Source of the DNA: a virus
Length of the DNA stretch: 64,000 nucleotides
Strand: one strand, 5' to 3'
IMG/VR virus record: IMGVR_UViG_3300049436_000052
Span: 270,327-334,326 of that record
Numbering within the stretch: position 1 is the stretch's first letter; the number at the start of each line of letters is the position of its first letter. Of this stretch, positions 26,552 through 38,389 are shown one piece after another. Under the pieces are notes generated by a model, which was given only the letters and a program-made list of their open reading frames with translations, was not told the origin of the DNA and made no database searches. The translations under genes were made by a program, and so were the position numbers.

Positions 26552-27267
26552 TATTTTTTATGTAGATATGGTGAAAATCCGCCTTGATAGCAACCAACTA
26601 CAGGAATCATATTATCCCCACGAACATCAACATGATTTAGTTTTATAATATTATTATACCAAGTTTTCTGATACTCAATATCTATTTTAGATAGTTCTAT
26701 TAAAAGATGGAAGCCACCCCTAGTTTGCACAATATTAATAGATTCTTCATTTAAATATTTTCTTATTTCATCAATCATATCATATGTTGGTTTACCATCA
26801 AAGTTATTTGGATCAAATTCTGGATATAAATCAAAATCAATGTCAAAATATATTTTTCTACTACAAGCTTTTTGAATTTCACTCATTAATTCTTGGTGTG
26901 GATTATAACCAGAATATGGTCTTGTTACTAAATTTGCAAGTTTTATTAAACCGTTTTTGGCAGCATTTTCAAAAGATCTTGGATTTGGATTAATGTATAG
27001 TGCCAATGATTCTTGTGGTAATGGATTGTGTTTTTGATAATAAGATCCAACTTCACATTCCAATTGTTTTATTTTTTCAAACAAAAATTCTTTATTAGAA
27101 GTAAACCTTTTAACTTGCTGTTTATCAGAACCAATGTGAATTATATTTTTACAATATTTAGATCTTGCTAATAAACAACAATAATATGCTTCACCAAATT
27201 CTAAATCAGGCAACCAATTGATAAAATCAATTAAATCATTTTTGTTGACAATTATCTTGTAATTCAT
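26551..27267 (-). CDS. Possible archaeo-eukaryotic primase (prim-pol)-like protein
   Basis: FDIDFD (DxD) and TRGGFH motifs. Confidence 0.4.
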   Translation of the reverse strand: MNYKIIVNKNDLIDFINWLPDLEFGEAYYCCLLARSKYCKNIIHIGSDKQQVKRFTSNKEFLFEKIKQLECEVGSYYQKHNPLPQESLALYINPNPRSFENAAKNGLIKLANLVTRPYSGYNPHQELMSEIQKACSRKIYFDIDFDLYPEFDPNNFDGKPTYDMIDEIRKYLNEESINIVQTRGGFHLLIELSKIDIEYQKTWYNNIIKLNHVDVRGDNMIPVVGCYQGGFSPYLHKK

Positions 27268-28452
27268 AATAAGTTATGTTTGTGAAAATATTTTAATTCG
27301 TTTTTAAACCAATTAATACAATCTTTGGTTGTATGTGAAACATATTCTTTATTAATATAATACTTTTTATAATAATCAATCACATGTTCAGCATTGTCAC
27401 TACCAAACCTATAATTATAAAAATCACAATAAAAATTAATTCTATGTTTCAAATTTTCAATACTTTTATTTTTAGATGAAACATATTTAACTAATTCATT
27501 ATATTGAACTTTATATTGTTCGATACCACTTTCAGTTATATAATAAAAATTTAAATCTAAAAATCGTTGTTTATTGGCAAAACCTCTGTCAATTAGATCA
27601 TCAAACAATTTGTTAGATTCTGCTTGAAAACGATTACGATAAAATTCTTTGGGTAAATTTTTATCTTTTAGTTTATTTGACATAACTGCTTTGAATAAAT
27701 CAATTCCTAATGCATGGGAGATTTCAAGCATTTCAAGTAATGATAGTTTCATAACACTTCCTTTTTTAAATCTTCAATCGATTTAGTTGTGAAAATTGAT
27801 AAAACATTAAATTCCCATTCTTCTTCTGGTTTTGGAATATGTTTAATTAATGTTTGTTGAGTTCTATACCACTGTATTGATTGTTCTGGTGCTTTGTAAA
27901 ACGCATCTTCACAGTTCCACTGAAGATCTTTTATAAATTCCTTTTTATCTTCTGGGATTTGTTTTATCATTTCGATAATAACATAACAACAATTTCTTCT
28001 AATCATCTATTTATTATTTTATAAATCAAATAATCAAAAAATAAATATCCCCACATTCCTGCGACAAAACTAAAACCAAACGATATTTGTGATGGAATTA
28101 CTATCAATATAAATATAATTATTATAATAGAAACTATCGTAAATAGTTTTAACAATTCTTTATAGTTTTTTTTCATTTTTTTTTTATAAATTTTAACCTT
28201 CGAATTTATACAAATCAACATTTGGAGCATAAAAGGAAAAATTAACATCGTTTATAATACGCCCATTATAATATAATTCATCAATGAATTCCGAATAATT
28301 AGACAAACAATATGATTCCTTTTCTTTCACTGCATTTTCAAATTCCTGAATCATCTCAACAATATCTTCATAACAATGATAAAATACAATATGATTGCCA
28401 TTGCTTAAATAAAATTCTGCTCTAAAATTTTCTTTTTTCATTTTCATTAAAT

Positions 28453-29637
28453 TTAATGTGATTTAAAGTTATACAAGGGTTTTAATGTGTCTATAATGTC
28501 AACTGTATCAACAATCATAGATTTTATTTCTTCAATAGATTTATATGCTTGAGGCGCTTCATCTAAGGTTTCTTTAACAACAGATGTACTATAAATTCCT
28601 TTCATCGAACCAATGAAATCATCCATTTTAATATTTTCTTTAGCCTTACTTCTACTAAATAATCTTCCAGCACCATGAGGAGCAGAATAATTCCAATCTT
28701 CATTACCCTTTCCAACACATAACAAAGAACCATCTCTCATATTAATTGGAATTAATAAAATTTCGTTTTTTTCGGCACTCACTGCACCTTTTCTTAAAAT
28801 CATTCGATTTAAATCAATATAATTGTGAATTGTTTCAAATTTTTCATCTATTATCCAACTCATTTCACTAATAATGATCTTGGCCATTGTTTCTCGATTA
28901 AGACTTGCAAATTTTTGAAGAACTGCCATATCATTCATATAATCATTGAAATCGTCTCCTGATAAATATGCAAGTTCTTTATCAGTAACAGGTTTTTTTA
29001 ACTTTTTCAATTCTTCATTAATTTCCCTTTCTCTACCATTTTTTCTTAATTCTTTAATGAGATTTTGCTTAACTTTTGACATTTCGTTAACATTTTGAAA
29101 TGCTTTGTCTTGATAATATTTACACATGTCGCCACCCAATTTTCTACTACCTGAGTGAATTATAAGATAAATATAATCGTAATTATCTGACTTTGAGACC
29201 TCTATGAAGTGATTGCCTCCACCGAGACTACCAATTGACAATATTGCTCTTTCTAAATCAACATGTTTTGCACATCTCAGGTTAGAAAAATCAAACTTAG
29301 CTTGTGAATTTTTATGAATGTTGAATCCATGAGGAACTTTTGTTTTGATAATGCGATCAAGTTTTTCGAAATTAATTTCCTGATTTTTTATTATAACTGT
29401 AAGCATTCCACAACTTACGTCTACCCCTACTAGGTTTGGAGTTATTTTATCTGTAATTGTCATAGTAGTTCCAACAGTACAACCCTTACCTAAATGAGAA
29501 TCTGGCATTATTCTAATTTTTGCATCTTGATATGCTTCAAAATTAGCCATTCTTTTCACTTGTTCATATGTTTCATAATCAAAAGTTTCAGCAAAAACCT
29601 TTGTTTCAACGCCTTTAACATTTTTTATTATCTGCAT
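28453..29637 (-). CDS. rtcB: RNA ligase RtcB
   Basis: MPDSHLGKG, VGVDVSCG, SLGGGNHFIE, HSGSR, HNY, RKGA, SAPHGAGR, DEAPQAYK. Confidence 0.95.
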   Translation of the reverse strand: MQIIKNVKGVETKVFAETFDYETYEQVKRMANFEAYQDAKIRIMPDSHLGKGCTVGTTMTITDKITPNLVGVDVSCGMLTVIIKNQEINFEKLDRIIKTKVPHGFNIHKNSQAKFDFSNLRCAKHVDLERAILSIGSLGGGNHFIEVSKSDNYDYIYLIIHSGSRKLGGDMCKYYQDKAFQNVNEMSKVKQNLIKELRKNGREREINEELKKLKKPVTDKELAYLSGDDFNDYMNDMAVLQKFASLNRETMAKIIISEMSWIIDEKFETIHNYIDLNRMILRKGAVSAEKNEILLIPINMRDGSLLCVGKGNEDWNYSAPHGAGRLFSRSKAKENIKMDDFIGSMKGIYSTSVVKETLDEAPQAYKSIEEIKSMIVDTVDIIDTLKPLYNFKSH

Positions 29638-30259
29638 AAATATTAAATATTATTTGACAACTTCTTCTTCAACTAAAGATTCTAACCATCTTTCTTTAAG
29701 TTTATTACAATTATGTTTGTTTCCTTTACAAACCAGTAGACCATTCTTAGATAAAACCCATTTTATAAACATATTCCAAAGAGAATCATTTTTTTCTTCA
29801 CACGTCTCGATACCATTATTATCTTTTTGATAGCGATCACAATAGTAATTATGTTTTTTTGTTGTCATTTCTATAATTTAATAGCGTAATATAATCCATC
29901 AAGTTCGTTACGTAATGTTTGAAAAAAATCAATTTCAAGTTTCATCCAAATAATATAATCAACATAATTATCTATTATATTTTTTTCAATTTTCATGAAA
30001 TCTTCTTCAAAAATTTCACAGGTATCTAAACTATTCTTTAAATTAAACATCTAATAACATCTTCTTAAAATTCAATAATCTGATTAAGTTCAATAAATTC
30101 ATTTTGTAGTATTTCAAATAAATTTACTTCACAAATATCGATTATAAGACAACAACCAAAAATGGTTATTGCCCTATTTTCGATTCTCATTAATTCTTTA
30201 TGATAATACTGAAAACGTTTATTATCGTTATTAAAATTATAATCAAATAATGTATTCAT

Positions 30260-30562
30260 TTAATACAAATTTTCAGAAATTAATATAGAATCCTCACCAT
30301 TTTCAGAAGCTTCCAAACCATATCTTATTTGATTATTTGCTTTTGCTATGTTCCAAGCTTCTTTCCTATCAACATAACGGTTTTCAGAAGTCAAAAATCC
30401 TTGTTTATCTCGATCTGGTAAAACTGGATTAGAAACTAAATTTTTTAATATTGTGTAACAATCATCGTGTCTTCTGCCACAAATTATAGTTCCATTGTAA
30501 TCAATGGCCGCACAAAGAATTATTTCATTAAATGGTTTTACTAACAAATCTTCGTTTTTCAT
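30260..30562 (-). CDS. Conserved phage hypothetical protein (paralog of 24402..24692)
   Basis: Shared ILCAAI / QGFLT / VDR.EA / SENLY motifs. Confidence 0.65.
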   Translation of the reverse strand: MKNEDLLVKPFNEIILCAAIDYNGTIICGRRHDDCYTILKNLVSNPVLPDRDKQGFLTSENRYVDRKEAWNIAKANNQIRYGLEASENGEDSILISENLY

Positions 30563-30765
30563 AGTCGTTTATTCTTCGTTATAAAATATTTTCCCACAAA
30601 CACAACCTATTTTAATTTTTTTATAGTAGAGATGAATTCCAAAAAATGTTACAGATTGTCTTATAACAAACCCACAATGATCTGTATCTAATCTAATTAG
30701 ATAATAAATTAAATGAAACCATCTTTTAATGTATGCCAATGTTATTTTCATTATAAATATTTTTA

Positions 30766-31278
30766 TTATTCATCCAACAAAGTTTCCAATTCTTTAACCA
30801 TATCATCATAAGGTTCATAAACATTATTAAACAATGATTTTATGAAATGTTTATTCTCTGATTTATAAACATCTTTCATCTTTGAATTTGTATCTACAGA
30901 ATACCTTACATTTGCAAGCCTATCACATAATTTTACAAATTTTGCATATGGGGTATTTTTTATCCCTTCATAATATTTATCGTTTGCTCGTTCTTTTCTA
31001 GTTTTACCTTTTTCATTTGTAAGTGCATAAACAATATCAGCCACAGAAGTGTTTGATATTTTTCTAATGTCATTATATGTTAATCTACAATCTTCAATTG
31101 TATCATGTAACCAACAAGCATCAATTACAATATCTTGGTAATGTTCAGGAATAATATTAAGATATTTCTTTGCATATTCAACAGTCATCATTAAATGTGT
31201 AGAATAGGACTTGCCATCATAAAGATGATTGGTGCTTTGATGTGCTTCAATTGCAAAATCAATAATATTTGAATTCAT
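30766..31278 (-). CDS. HD-domain hydrolase, RelA/SpoT-hydrolase (SAH/Mesh1)-like
   Basis: FA..AH, Y..H, WLHDTIED, V.ALT, VKLCDRLAN. Confidence 0.75.
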   Translation of the reverse strand: MNSNIIDFAIEAHQSTNHLYDGKSYSTHLMMTVEYAKKYLNIIPEHYQDIVIDACWLHDTIEDCRLTYNDIRKISNTSVADIVYALTNEKGKTRKERANDKYYEGIKNTPYAKFVKLCDRLANVRYSVDTNSKMKDVYKSENKHFIKSLFNNVYEPYDDMVKELETLLDE

Positions 31279-31666
31279 AAAATTGTTATTATGATCAATG
31301 TAGGAATATTATATTCAATACTCCTACATTAAACTAGATTTTACTTATACTTAATATTTTTTAAAAATAAATACAATTCTGGTTGTTCAATTTTACTTTC
31401 ATCAAAGTTTGCAAAATTCATTCGAATGGTAGCTTCAATTACAATTTTATCTTCAGGGGTGGCTTTATTCCACTCATGATGTAATTTTATAAGTTCTTGA
31501 CGCTTACCTTCAATGTAGCTTTGTGTTTGCTCAAACACTTCACGTCTTGCATTTTCTTTACGAACTCCCCAAAACCTTGTACCAAATATTTCAAATTCAT
31601 TGGCTAAAAAAATTAAAAGAAATAAACCAATTATTGAACCAATAGTTATTAATGTTATTTTCATGA

Positions 31667-32158
31667 TTAATTAAGTTTAAAAGGTGAAACTAATACTCTT
31701 GGTTCACAATATACTGGTCGTGGTTCGTTGGTAGTTGGGTCAATCAAAAGCAACCATGTACCTTCTGCATTTGAAGGCATAAATAAACCATTGGGATCTG
31801 CTTGTGCAATAACATGTCCACCACCATCGGATATTTTTTCTGGATTTGTGTATTGTGTTGCATAAGGTAATCCAAACCCAATACATTTTCCTAAAAATAC
31901 GGGTTTACCTGTCATTTCTGGTACAATATACGCATAGCAAACTAAGTTTTCTTGATCACGTAATTCAAGTATCATTTTCATCATTTTTCGTTCCTGAAAA
32001 TTTTTAATAGCAGGCATACCTGTTTGGGCATTTGCTTCTTGCATCATCATTTCTTGTTTTTGTCTTAATTTTTGGTCACTAGTTTGTTCACAACCCAAAA
32101 TTGACATTAATAGAACCGTACTTAACATAATTCCAATTACATAAAAAATCTTTTTCAT
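31667..32158 (-). CDS. Putative lipoprotein
   Basis: Hydrophobic signal peptide ending ILGC; QADPNGLF..EGTW. Confidence 0.55.
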   Translation of the reverse strand: MKKIFYVIGIMLSTVLLMSILGCEQTSDQKLRQKQEMMMQEANAQTGMPAIKNFQERKMMKMILELRDQENLVCYAYIVPEMTGKPVFLGKCIGFGLPYATQYTNPEKISDGGGHVIAQADPNGLFMPSNAEGTWLLLIDPTTNEPRPVYCEPRVLVSPFKLN

Positions 32159-32358
32159 TTTTGTTTAAATTTAAAGTGAATAAATAATTTGTTTAAAATA
32201 TATTTGGCTTCATACCATACTATACGAAATTTTTTGAAAAATGTTTTAATTAAATGCAAAAATAGTAAAAAATTTTGTTAAAACAATTATATTTTAACAA
32301 AGTTTAAGAAATGATATGTTAAATATTGTGAATAAATAACGATAATGGTTAATTATTG

Positions 32359-32443
32359 CGGTAAGTGTTAGGATCGAACTAACGCAGCTTTTACACCCTA
32401 TTTGTTTAGCAAACAAACCTCTTAACCACTTGAGTAACTTACC
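32359..32443 (-). tRNA. tRNA-Ser(GCU)
   Basis: Acceptor GGTAAGT/ACTTACC, anticodon arm TTTGT-TTGCTAA-ACAAA, long variable arm, G73. Confidence 0.9.
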
Positions 32444-32449
32444 TAAATG

Positions 32450-32521
32450 TACCCCCAGATGAAATCGAATCACCATCAAAACGGTCGTAACGTTCCATTT
32501 TATCCATTAAACTATGGGGGC
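32450..32521 (-). tRNA. tRNA-Arg(ACG)
   Basis: GCCCCCA/TGGGGGT acceptor, loop TTACGAC, TTCGA T-loop. Confidence 0.9.
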
Positions 32522-32534
32522 ATTGATTATTAAG

Positions 32535-32605
32535 TCTTTCCAGATGGAGTCGAACCACCATTATAAATTTAGAAAATTTAGGTTTTTCCATTAAACTATG
32601 AAAAG
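32535..32605 (-). tRNA. tRNA-Arg(UCU)
   Basis: CTTTTCA/TGGAAAG acceptor, TAAAT-TTTCTAA-ATTTA. Confidence 0.85.
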
Positions 32606-32613
32606 ATGTTTTG

Positions 32614-32703
32614 TTACGGGAATGGGATTAAAACCCACGTTACACGTCTCTTTCGAGCGACATGACTTATGAGGCCACCGAGAAATCACTCCTCTATCCC
32701 ACA
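32614..32703 (-). tRNA. tRNA with CAU anticodon (Met, initiator-like, or Ile2) and a 23-nt variable arm
   Basis: TGTGGGA/TCCCGTA acceptor, GTGGC-CTCATAA-GTCAT, variable arm with GAAA tetraloop. Confidence 0.75.
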
Positions 32704-32710
32704 ATATGGG

Positions 32711-32784
32711 CTGTGCTGGAGAGACTCGGACTCCTAACTTACTGGTTAACAGCCAGTTACTCTAATCAATTGAGTTACAGCACA
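32711..32784 (-). tRNA. tRNA-Asn(GUU)
   Basis: TGTGCTG/CAGCACA, ACTGG-CTGTTAA-CCAGT, G73. Confidence 0.88.
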
Positions 32785-32797
32785 ATATAAATATATT

Positions 32798-33508
32798 TCA
32801 TTTTTTTCTATTTCTGGATGAATTTTTATTCCTTGCTCTAAAATTAATTGTCATTGAATGACAATTAGGACATAAAATTTCTAAATTATTTATATTACAA
32901 TTTTTAGCATCGCCATCAATATGATTAATTTCAGTTAAACTTTTTCCATCAATAGGATGTTTTTCATCCCACCCACATTTACTACATTTAGAACCTCTAA
33001 TCTCTTTTAAATATTTTCTAATAATAGTTTTTAATTGTATTGCCTTTCCATGCCATCCAACAGTTTCACCATTTAACCATCTTTCTATTGCATTTTTTTT
33101 AATACTAATATAAGTACATGTTTTAGAACAGTATATATTTTGTTTTTTTATTAGACGTTTTCCACAAATAAGACAAAATTCGTTTAATCTTTTTCTTTTA
33201 TTTTTTTTCACATAATTCACATTATTATATTTTGCAGAACAAGAATGTGAACAAAACAAATTAATCGACCCATTATGCTTAATATCATTTGCTTTTCGTT
33301 TAAACAATTTTCCACATGTTTTACAAGTACATTCACAAATTTTAACTGAAATGTCATTAATGTCTTTATATTTTAATCCAAGACTATATAATTTTAATTT
33401 AACAGATTTGCTTGTCCTATTTAAAATTTCGCCAATTTCGTTATATTTTTTATGTTTGTTAAATAATTCTATCAATAAATTCAATTCATCTTTATCCCAT
33501 TTTTTCAT
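32798..33508 (-). CDS. HNH homing endonuclease inserted in a tRNA cluster
   Basis: CSKCG, EINHIDGD..N....NLEILCPNCH; zinc-binding CxxC / FCS..C repeats. Confidence 0.85.
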   Translation of the reverse strand: MKKWDKDELNLLIELFNKHKKYNEIGEILNRTSKSVKLKLYSLGLKYKDINDISVKICECTCKTCGKLFKRKANDIKHNGSINLFCSHSCSAKYNNVNYVKKNKRKRLNEFCLICGKRLIKKQNIYCSKTCTYISIKKNAIERWLNGETVGWHGKAIQLKTIIRKYLKEIRGSKCSKCGWDEKHPIDGKSLTEINHIDGDAKNCNINNLEILCPNCHSMTINFRARNKNSSRNRKK

Positions 33509-33574
33509 ATCAATAACTTTTATTATAAATACTCAAATTGAGAAAATGATCGGAATCGAACAGATATTATTTTA

Positions 33575-33647
33575 AGGAGACATCTGGTAATGATCCAGAA
33601 TACATAGATCTTCAATCTGTTATATAAACCATCTTTGCCATATCTTC
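33575..33647 (-). tRNA. tRNA-Phe(GAA), degenerate
   Basis: Loop TTGAAGA and T arm TCTGG-ATCATTA-CCAGA; mismatches in acceptor, D and anticodon stems. Confidence 0.6.
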
Positions 33648-33668
33648 TTAAATTACTAAAACTATTTG

Positions 33669-33741
33669 TTGTCTTGGGAGAGCATGATTCTCCAACCTTC
33701 TCCGTATCAGGGAGTTACTCTACCAATTGAGCTACAAGACA
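33669..33741 (-). tRNA. tRNA-Ile(GAU)
   Basis: TGTCTTG/CAAGACA, CTCC-CTGATAC-GGAG. Confidence 0.85.
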
Positions 33742-33746
33742 ATAAG

Positions 33747-33829
33747 AGATGGGTATTCGATTTGAACGAATGTGTGCACATGCAAACTGTTTTGCAGACA
33801 GTCCCTATCAACCACTCAGGCAACCCATC
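33747..33829 (-). tRNA. tRNA-Cys(GCA) with long variable arm
   Basis: GATGGGT/ACCCATC, ACTGT-CTGCAAA-ACAGT, U73, 14-nt variable region. Confidence 0.85.
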
Positions 33830-33842
33830 AATATTTTATTCA

Positions 33843-33860
33843 CAATACGTCAAAGAACAT
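33843..33860 (-). promoter_or_regulatory. boxA-like antitermination element ATGTTCTTTGACGTATTG
   Basis: Resembles rrn boxA; second copy at 58793-58810. Confidence 0.5.
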
Positions 33861-33865
33861 AAAAC

Positions 33866-33898
33866 AAAAAAACCCGATTCATTTCTGGATCGGGTTGT
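33866..33898 (-). terminator. Attenuator terminator upstream of the 8-tRNA cluster
   Basis: AACCCGATCC-AGAAAT-GAATCGGGTT then TTTTT. Confidence 0.85.
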
Positions 33899-33929
33899 AG
33901 GAATAATGATTATCTATTCTTCTTTTTGC

Positions 33930-34058
33930 TTATATCATTATATATAACAACCCAATACCTATGTCAATACTATTTCTACGGAAGAAACATGACATAAAAT
34001 TTCCATTGCGATTTATTCTCGATATGGACGTTTGAGTTATTGTTATAATAGATTTCAT
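33930..34058 (-). CDS. Leader peptide MKSIITITQTSISRINRNGNFMSCFFRRNSIDIGIGLLYIMI (attenuator of the Cys/Ile/Phe/Asn/Met/Arg/Ser tRNA cluster)
   Basis: Hand translation; 20 of residues 11-31 match the cluster's amino acids; ATTGGGTTGT pairs with the terminator 5' arm. Confidence 0.85.
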   Translation of the reverse strand: MKSIITITQTSISRINRNGNFMSCFFRRNSIDIGIGLLYIMI

Positions 34059-34100
34059 TTTCGAATTCTTTACTTTTTTTTAAATTTTCGCTATTTCATT

Positions 34101-34121
34101 ACTAAATACTTTGCAAAGATA
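34101..34121 (-). promoter_or_regulatory. Tandem promoter motifs (Bacteroidota -7 TATCTTTG and phage AGTATTTA)
   Basis: TATCTTTGCAAAGTATTTAGT 43-63 nt upstream of the leader ATG. Confidence 0.6.
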
Positions 34122-35985
34122 AAAAAGATTTAAATATGATTAAAATATTTTGCAATTATTTTTCACCATCAAACACAAATGACACAAAAAAAAACAACAA
34201 ACCCTATGATTATAAGCCAAATACTCCACCAATTAAATTCTTTATCTTTCACAAGATAAATTAAAAAACTTACAACTGCCCAAATTGCAGATACGTTGAT
34301 TGTCAAAATAGACAAAATTTTAATTAATAGTCCCATAATTTTACATTTATTTGTTATATTTTTCTTTAATTTTAACATATGTTAAAAATTTTATGTTTTT
34401 TTATTCATAATTTCTCTAAGATTGCGTATTAGATTAGTAAAAACATTAACAGAAATCCAAGTACTTTTAAACGCACCCACATAATCACTATCCCACGTCT
34501 CACTACGATTATGTCCTGCTTGAGATTCATCAATAGCATCATTAATTGCTTTTTTTAGTTTTTTTTCTTCTTCTTTAGTCATAATATTAATATTTAAAAA
34601 TTAAAAATAACTCTATTTTCTTTACTATAATAATCTCCATTAAATTCCAATGTAGAATTTTCACTATTTTCTTCAACTAAACAATACAACCATCTAAGTT
34701 TACATAATTGATTGATTGTATTTGTTATTTTATTCCAATTTGGTTTATAAATATCACTTGCCGTATCAATATCGTCTAATAATTTATATTGATGTATTAT
34801 AATATCCAATAATGTTTTAATATTAATTCCTTTACGTTTAGACATTTCTTCATTAAATGTATTATCAAACAATTGAGACAAATTTTTATCATGAATATGA
34901 ATTTCTTTAGATTTTGCATGACAATAATTCAAATAAATATCATTTTTTCCTACATAATCTTCTGTTAAATCTTCAATTACTGACAACACATCAGCAAGTT
35001 TATCAACAACTTCTAGCATTTTAAATTTATCATTTCTCATTTTATATGTATTTAAAATTTTATTAAATCATATTTCTTCTAATCTTTTTAGAGATTTTAT
35101 TCTTAATTGTTCTATTTCTTCAAAACTTTGTCCTTCATAAGAATTTGATTGATTATAGCAATATCCATATCTTATTTCAGATAAAATTTTGCCAAGATGT
35201 TCTCCACCATCTTTCATTACGCCAATTTGGGCATTACCTATTTTAAATAGAAGATTTCTTAGAATTTCGAGTTCTTCTTTTTCGCTTAATTTTTCTTTTT
35301 TCATTATTTTTTTCATATTATTGGTAGTATTACTACTATTATTAGTTAAATTTTAATGAAATAAATCTATTAATTCATTATTCTTCATCTTTTATAAATA
35401 AATTATATTTAACTAATATGTTATATGGTAATGGAAATTCATCTTTCATTGTAGGATGAATAAGTTGTTTATTAGTTTCACCATCTTGGTATGCAAAAAA
35501 AATATCTGGTGACATTCCTGTTGCTGGATATGTTTTTATTCGTTTTATAACAACTTTAGCTGTTGATTTATCACCAAAAATTAATTTTCCTTTATTTCCT
35601 TCTTTTAAATCTAAACTCATGTTATTTATTATTTGTTAAATATTCCAAAACAATTTTCATTTTATTTTCATCATAAACAATGATTATACAACAACCATAT
35701 TCATCAATGATTGCATATCCATTCTTTGTAATGATTTTCTTATCATCCAAAATTATTAATGGAGATATTTTTTCGACTGTTGTTTTCACAGTTTCTTTTA
35801 TCTTTAAACGTTTTCATTTATTTTATTATGAATATCAATGTCATAATAAATTTTCTTATCAAATGCAATTGAACTCATGATAGTAAATGAGCCATTAAAA
35901 TATGACGTTCCTAAATTTTTATAAAGCTTTTTTGCTTCTTTTAAAAGAATTAAAAAATCAATGTAATTTATAGTTTTATTTTTCA

Positions 35986-36690
35986 TCACAGTTCTTTAAT
36001 TTCATTAATTCCTAAAATAGTAAAATCTATCCCCAATATATTTTCGAAATGATATTCATGATAATGTCCTGAGAACCATTTTTTTAAAGGATGATTATTA
36101 TTTATTAAATATTGATAGATCATATCAAATACTTTTCTGCTTTGTTTACAATATTCAATGACATCAGAATCTGTTAAATTATAATTCAATATTGGATATG
36201 TAATTGTTGGCATTCCATGAGTAAGAACATAATCAATTTTATAAGTATCCGATATTTCTTTTAATTTAATTTCATCAAAAACTGGCAATTCATTTTTCCA
36301 ATAATCTTTTCCTTCGGTTCTTAACTTATAATCAATACTTGCTTCACCACCAACGCATAGAACATTTCCTTTAATTGTTTCAATAACAGAATAATCTGAT
36401 AATAATTTTAAATTAGATAAATTCCATAAATCGTTAAAATATAGAGGATTGTCATGATTCCCTCTTATAGCGAGTAAGGTATTATTATTTTCTTTTAGTT
36501 CATCATTCAACCAATTTAAAATATTGATATAATACTTTTCTTTATGAAAACCTACACCGAAATCCCCAAGTTGAATAAATAATGAATCTTTAAACTCAAA
36601 TCTTTTGTGAAGTAAAAAATTTAAAGTTTTAAACTCACCGTGTATATCACCAATTAGATAAATATCTGTATTTGGATTGTTTAAAAACAT
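35986..36690 (-). CDS. Calcineurin-like metallophosphoesterase
   Basis: GDIHG, GDFG, GNHD, THG, GHYH. Confidence 0.9.
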   Translation of the reverse strand: MFLNNPNTDIYLIGDIHGEFKTLNFLLHKRFEFKDSLFIQLGDFGVGFHKEKYYINILNWLNDELKENNNTLLAIRGNHDNPLYFNDLWNLSNLKLLSDYSVIETIKGNVLCVGGEASIDYKLRTEGKDYWKNELPVFDEIKLKEISDTYKIDYVLTHGMPTITYPILNYNLTDSDVIEYCKQSRKVFDMIYQYLINNNHPLKKWFSGHYHEYHFENILGIDFTILGINEIKEL

Positions 36691-38389
36691 AATTTGTTGG
36701 ATATTATTGTGTGAAAATTAAATAAATTTTGTGAATCGTTATCAAATATAAAATTCATATAAAGTAATTGATCAAGTTCTTGGTTTAATTCATCACATGA
36801 TTCAATGTGACGAAATCCTAAATTATATTGATAATAGCTAAAGAATTTATCATCCATAACGTTTTTTATATTTCATCAAGATAATCATCAACAATTCCAG
36901 ATATTGCTTTATAACAATTATTAATTCCATCACTAACACCAGCATAATAAGATGCCGAATTTAATTGTTTTCTTGTTTCTGCATTTACTTCTAATTTATC
37001 ATATTTAATCATTAATTTTTCTAAAAACGAAAGAATAGTATTTCTTTTATCTTCAGATAATAACTTTTTAATTTCAGAAATTTCTCGTTTTGTTTCTTTT
37101 GTTATCATAATAAATCTTCTATAATTTTCTAAAAAATTAACAAACTATTCCATATATAAATCTAATACATGACTTAATGAAGAAATTGGTGTGAGAACAT
37201 CCATAGATAAAAAATCACTAAAACATAAACAATCTTGAGTAATAATAATTCTAATTTCTTTTAGTGCTTCACAAACAAAATAATCAAAGAATCTATCATC
37301 CATAACATTATTTTATATTTCGTCAAGATAATCATCGTTTGTAAATTTTTCATTAACAATATACCCTATTTCATCACACAAATCGTTCAAAATGCTATTA
37401 TCTATATTATCATAAAGAAGAGAACGAAATATAAAATACCTTGATTTAACATCTAATTTATTTCTACCTTCCCAACTTTCAAAACTTTTAAAATTTATAG
37501 AATTATAAAGTTTTTTATGCATAGTTCTGTTTGAATAAAATATTATCGACTATGCTATCAATACCACTAACATCAGGAAAAAAAGTCATAATATCTAGAA
37601 TAATATAATTAGTGTCAAAAGATTCTAATTCTTTAAAATAGTTTAAATATATAATATCTTTAATTGAGATGTCTATTGATTCTTTTTTGTTGTTCATTTT
37701 TATTACACAATTTCTAATCGATACGCTTTACCATCTCCCTTATCTTCACTTGCCTTAATTCCATAAGGGAAGCACATTTCCAATAAAAATCTTTTTGGGT
37801 ATATTATTGTAAAATTTTGTTTTTTATTATCAAACCATCCCCAATAATCTACAACCATATTGTTATCTTTTTTAGGAATTTCTTGATTATCGCTGATTTT
37901 TAAACAAACTTCAATCACATCTTCTGGTTTTTTTCCATATATACTTGCTAAATTAGGATGAATTCCAAAATGTTCATAATTCTTCCCATTAAATGTAGCA
38001 TTATGTTTAAACGTTGTATTCATTTTATTTTATTATACGACAAATATAAGAAAATGTTTTAAACTTTTGATTATTTATTAAATAATTTAGATTTTTTTAA
38101 CATTTCAATTAATTTCTCATTAGGAAATAGGTTGGGGTCAATTATTTTATCACCATCAATTGCTTTAACTTTCATTTGCGAGGGTTTTTGATATATTTTA
38201 AGCAAAATCAATTTTCCAAAATATGTGTCATCAAAATATTTAAATAATGATTTACTAATATTTCTTTCTTCGAATGTTTTTGATTTTATATCTACTAAAC
38301 ATTCTAAAACAACGATTTTATCATAAATATCAATTATTCTACAATTAATAGAATCAATTAATTTCCATTTCTTTTTCATAAAAATTGAT

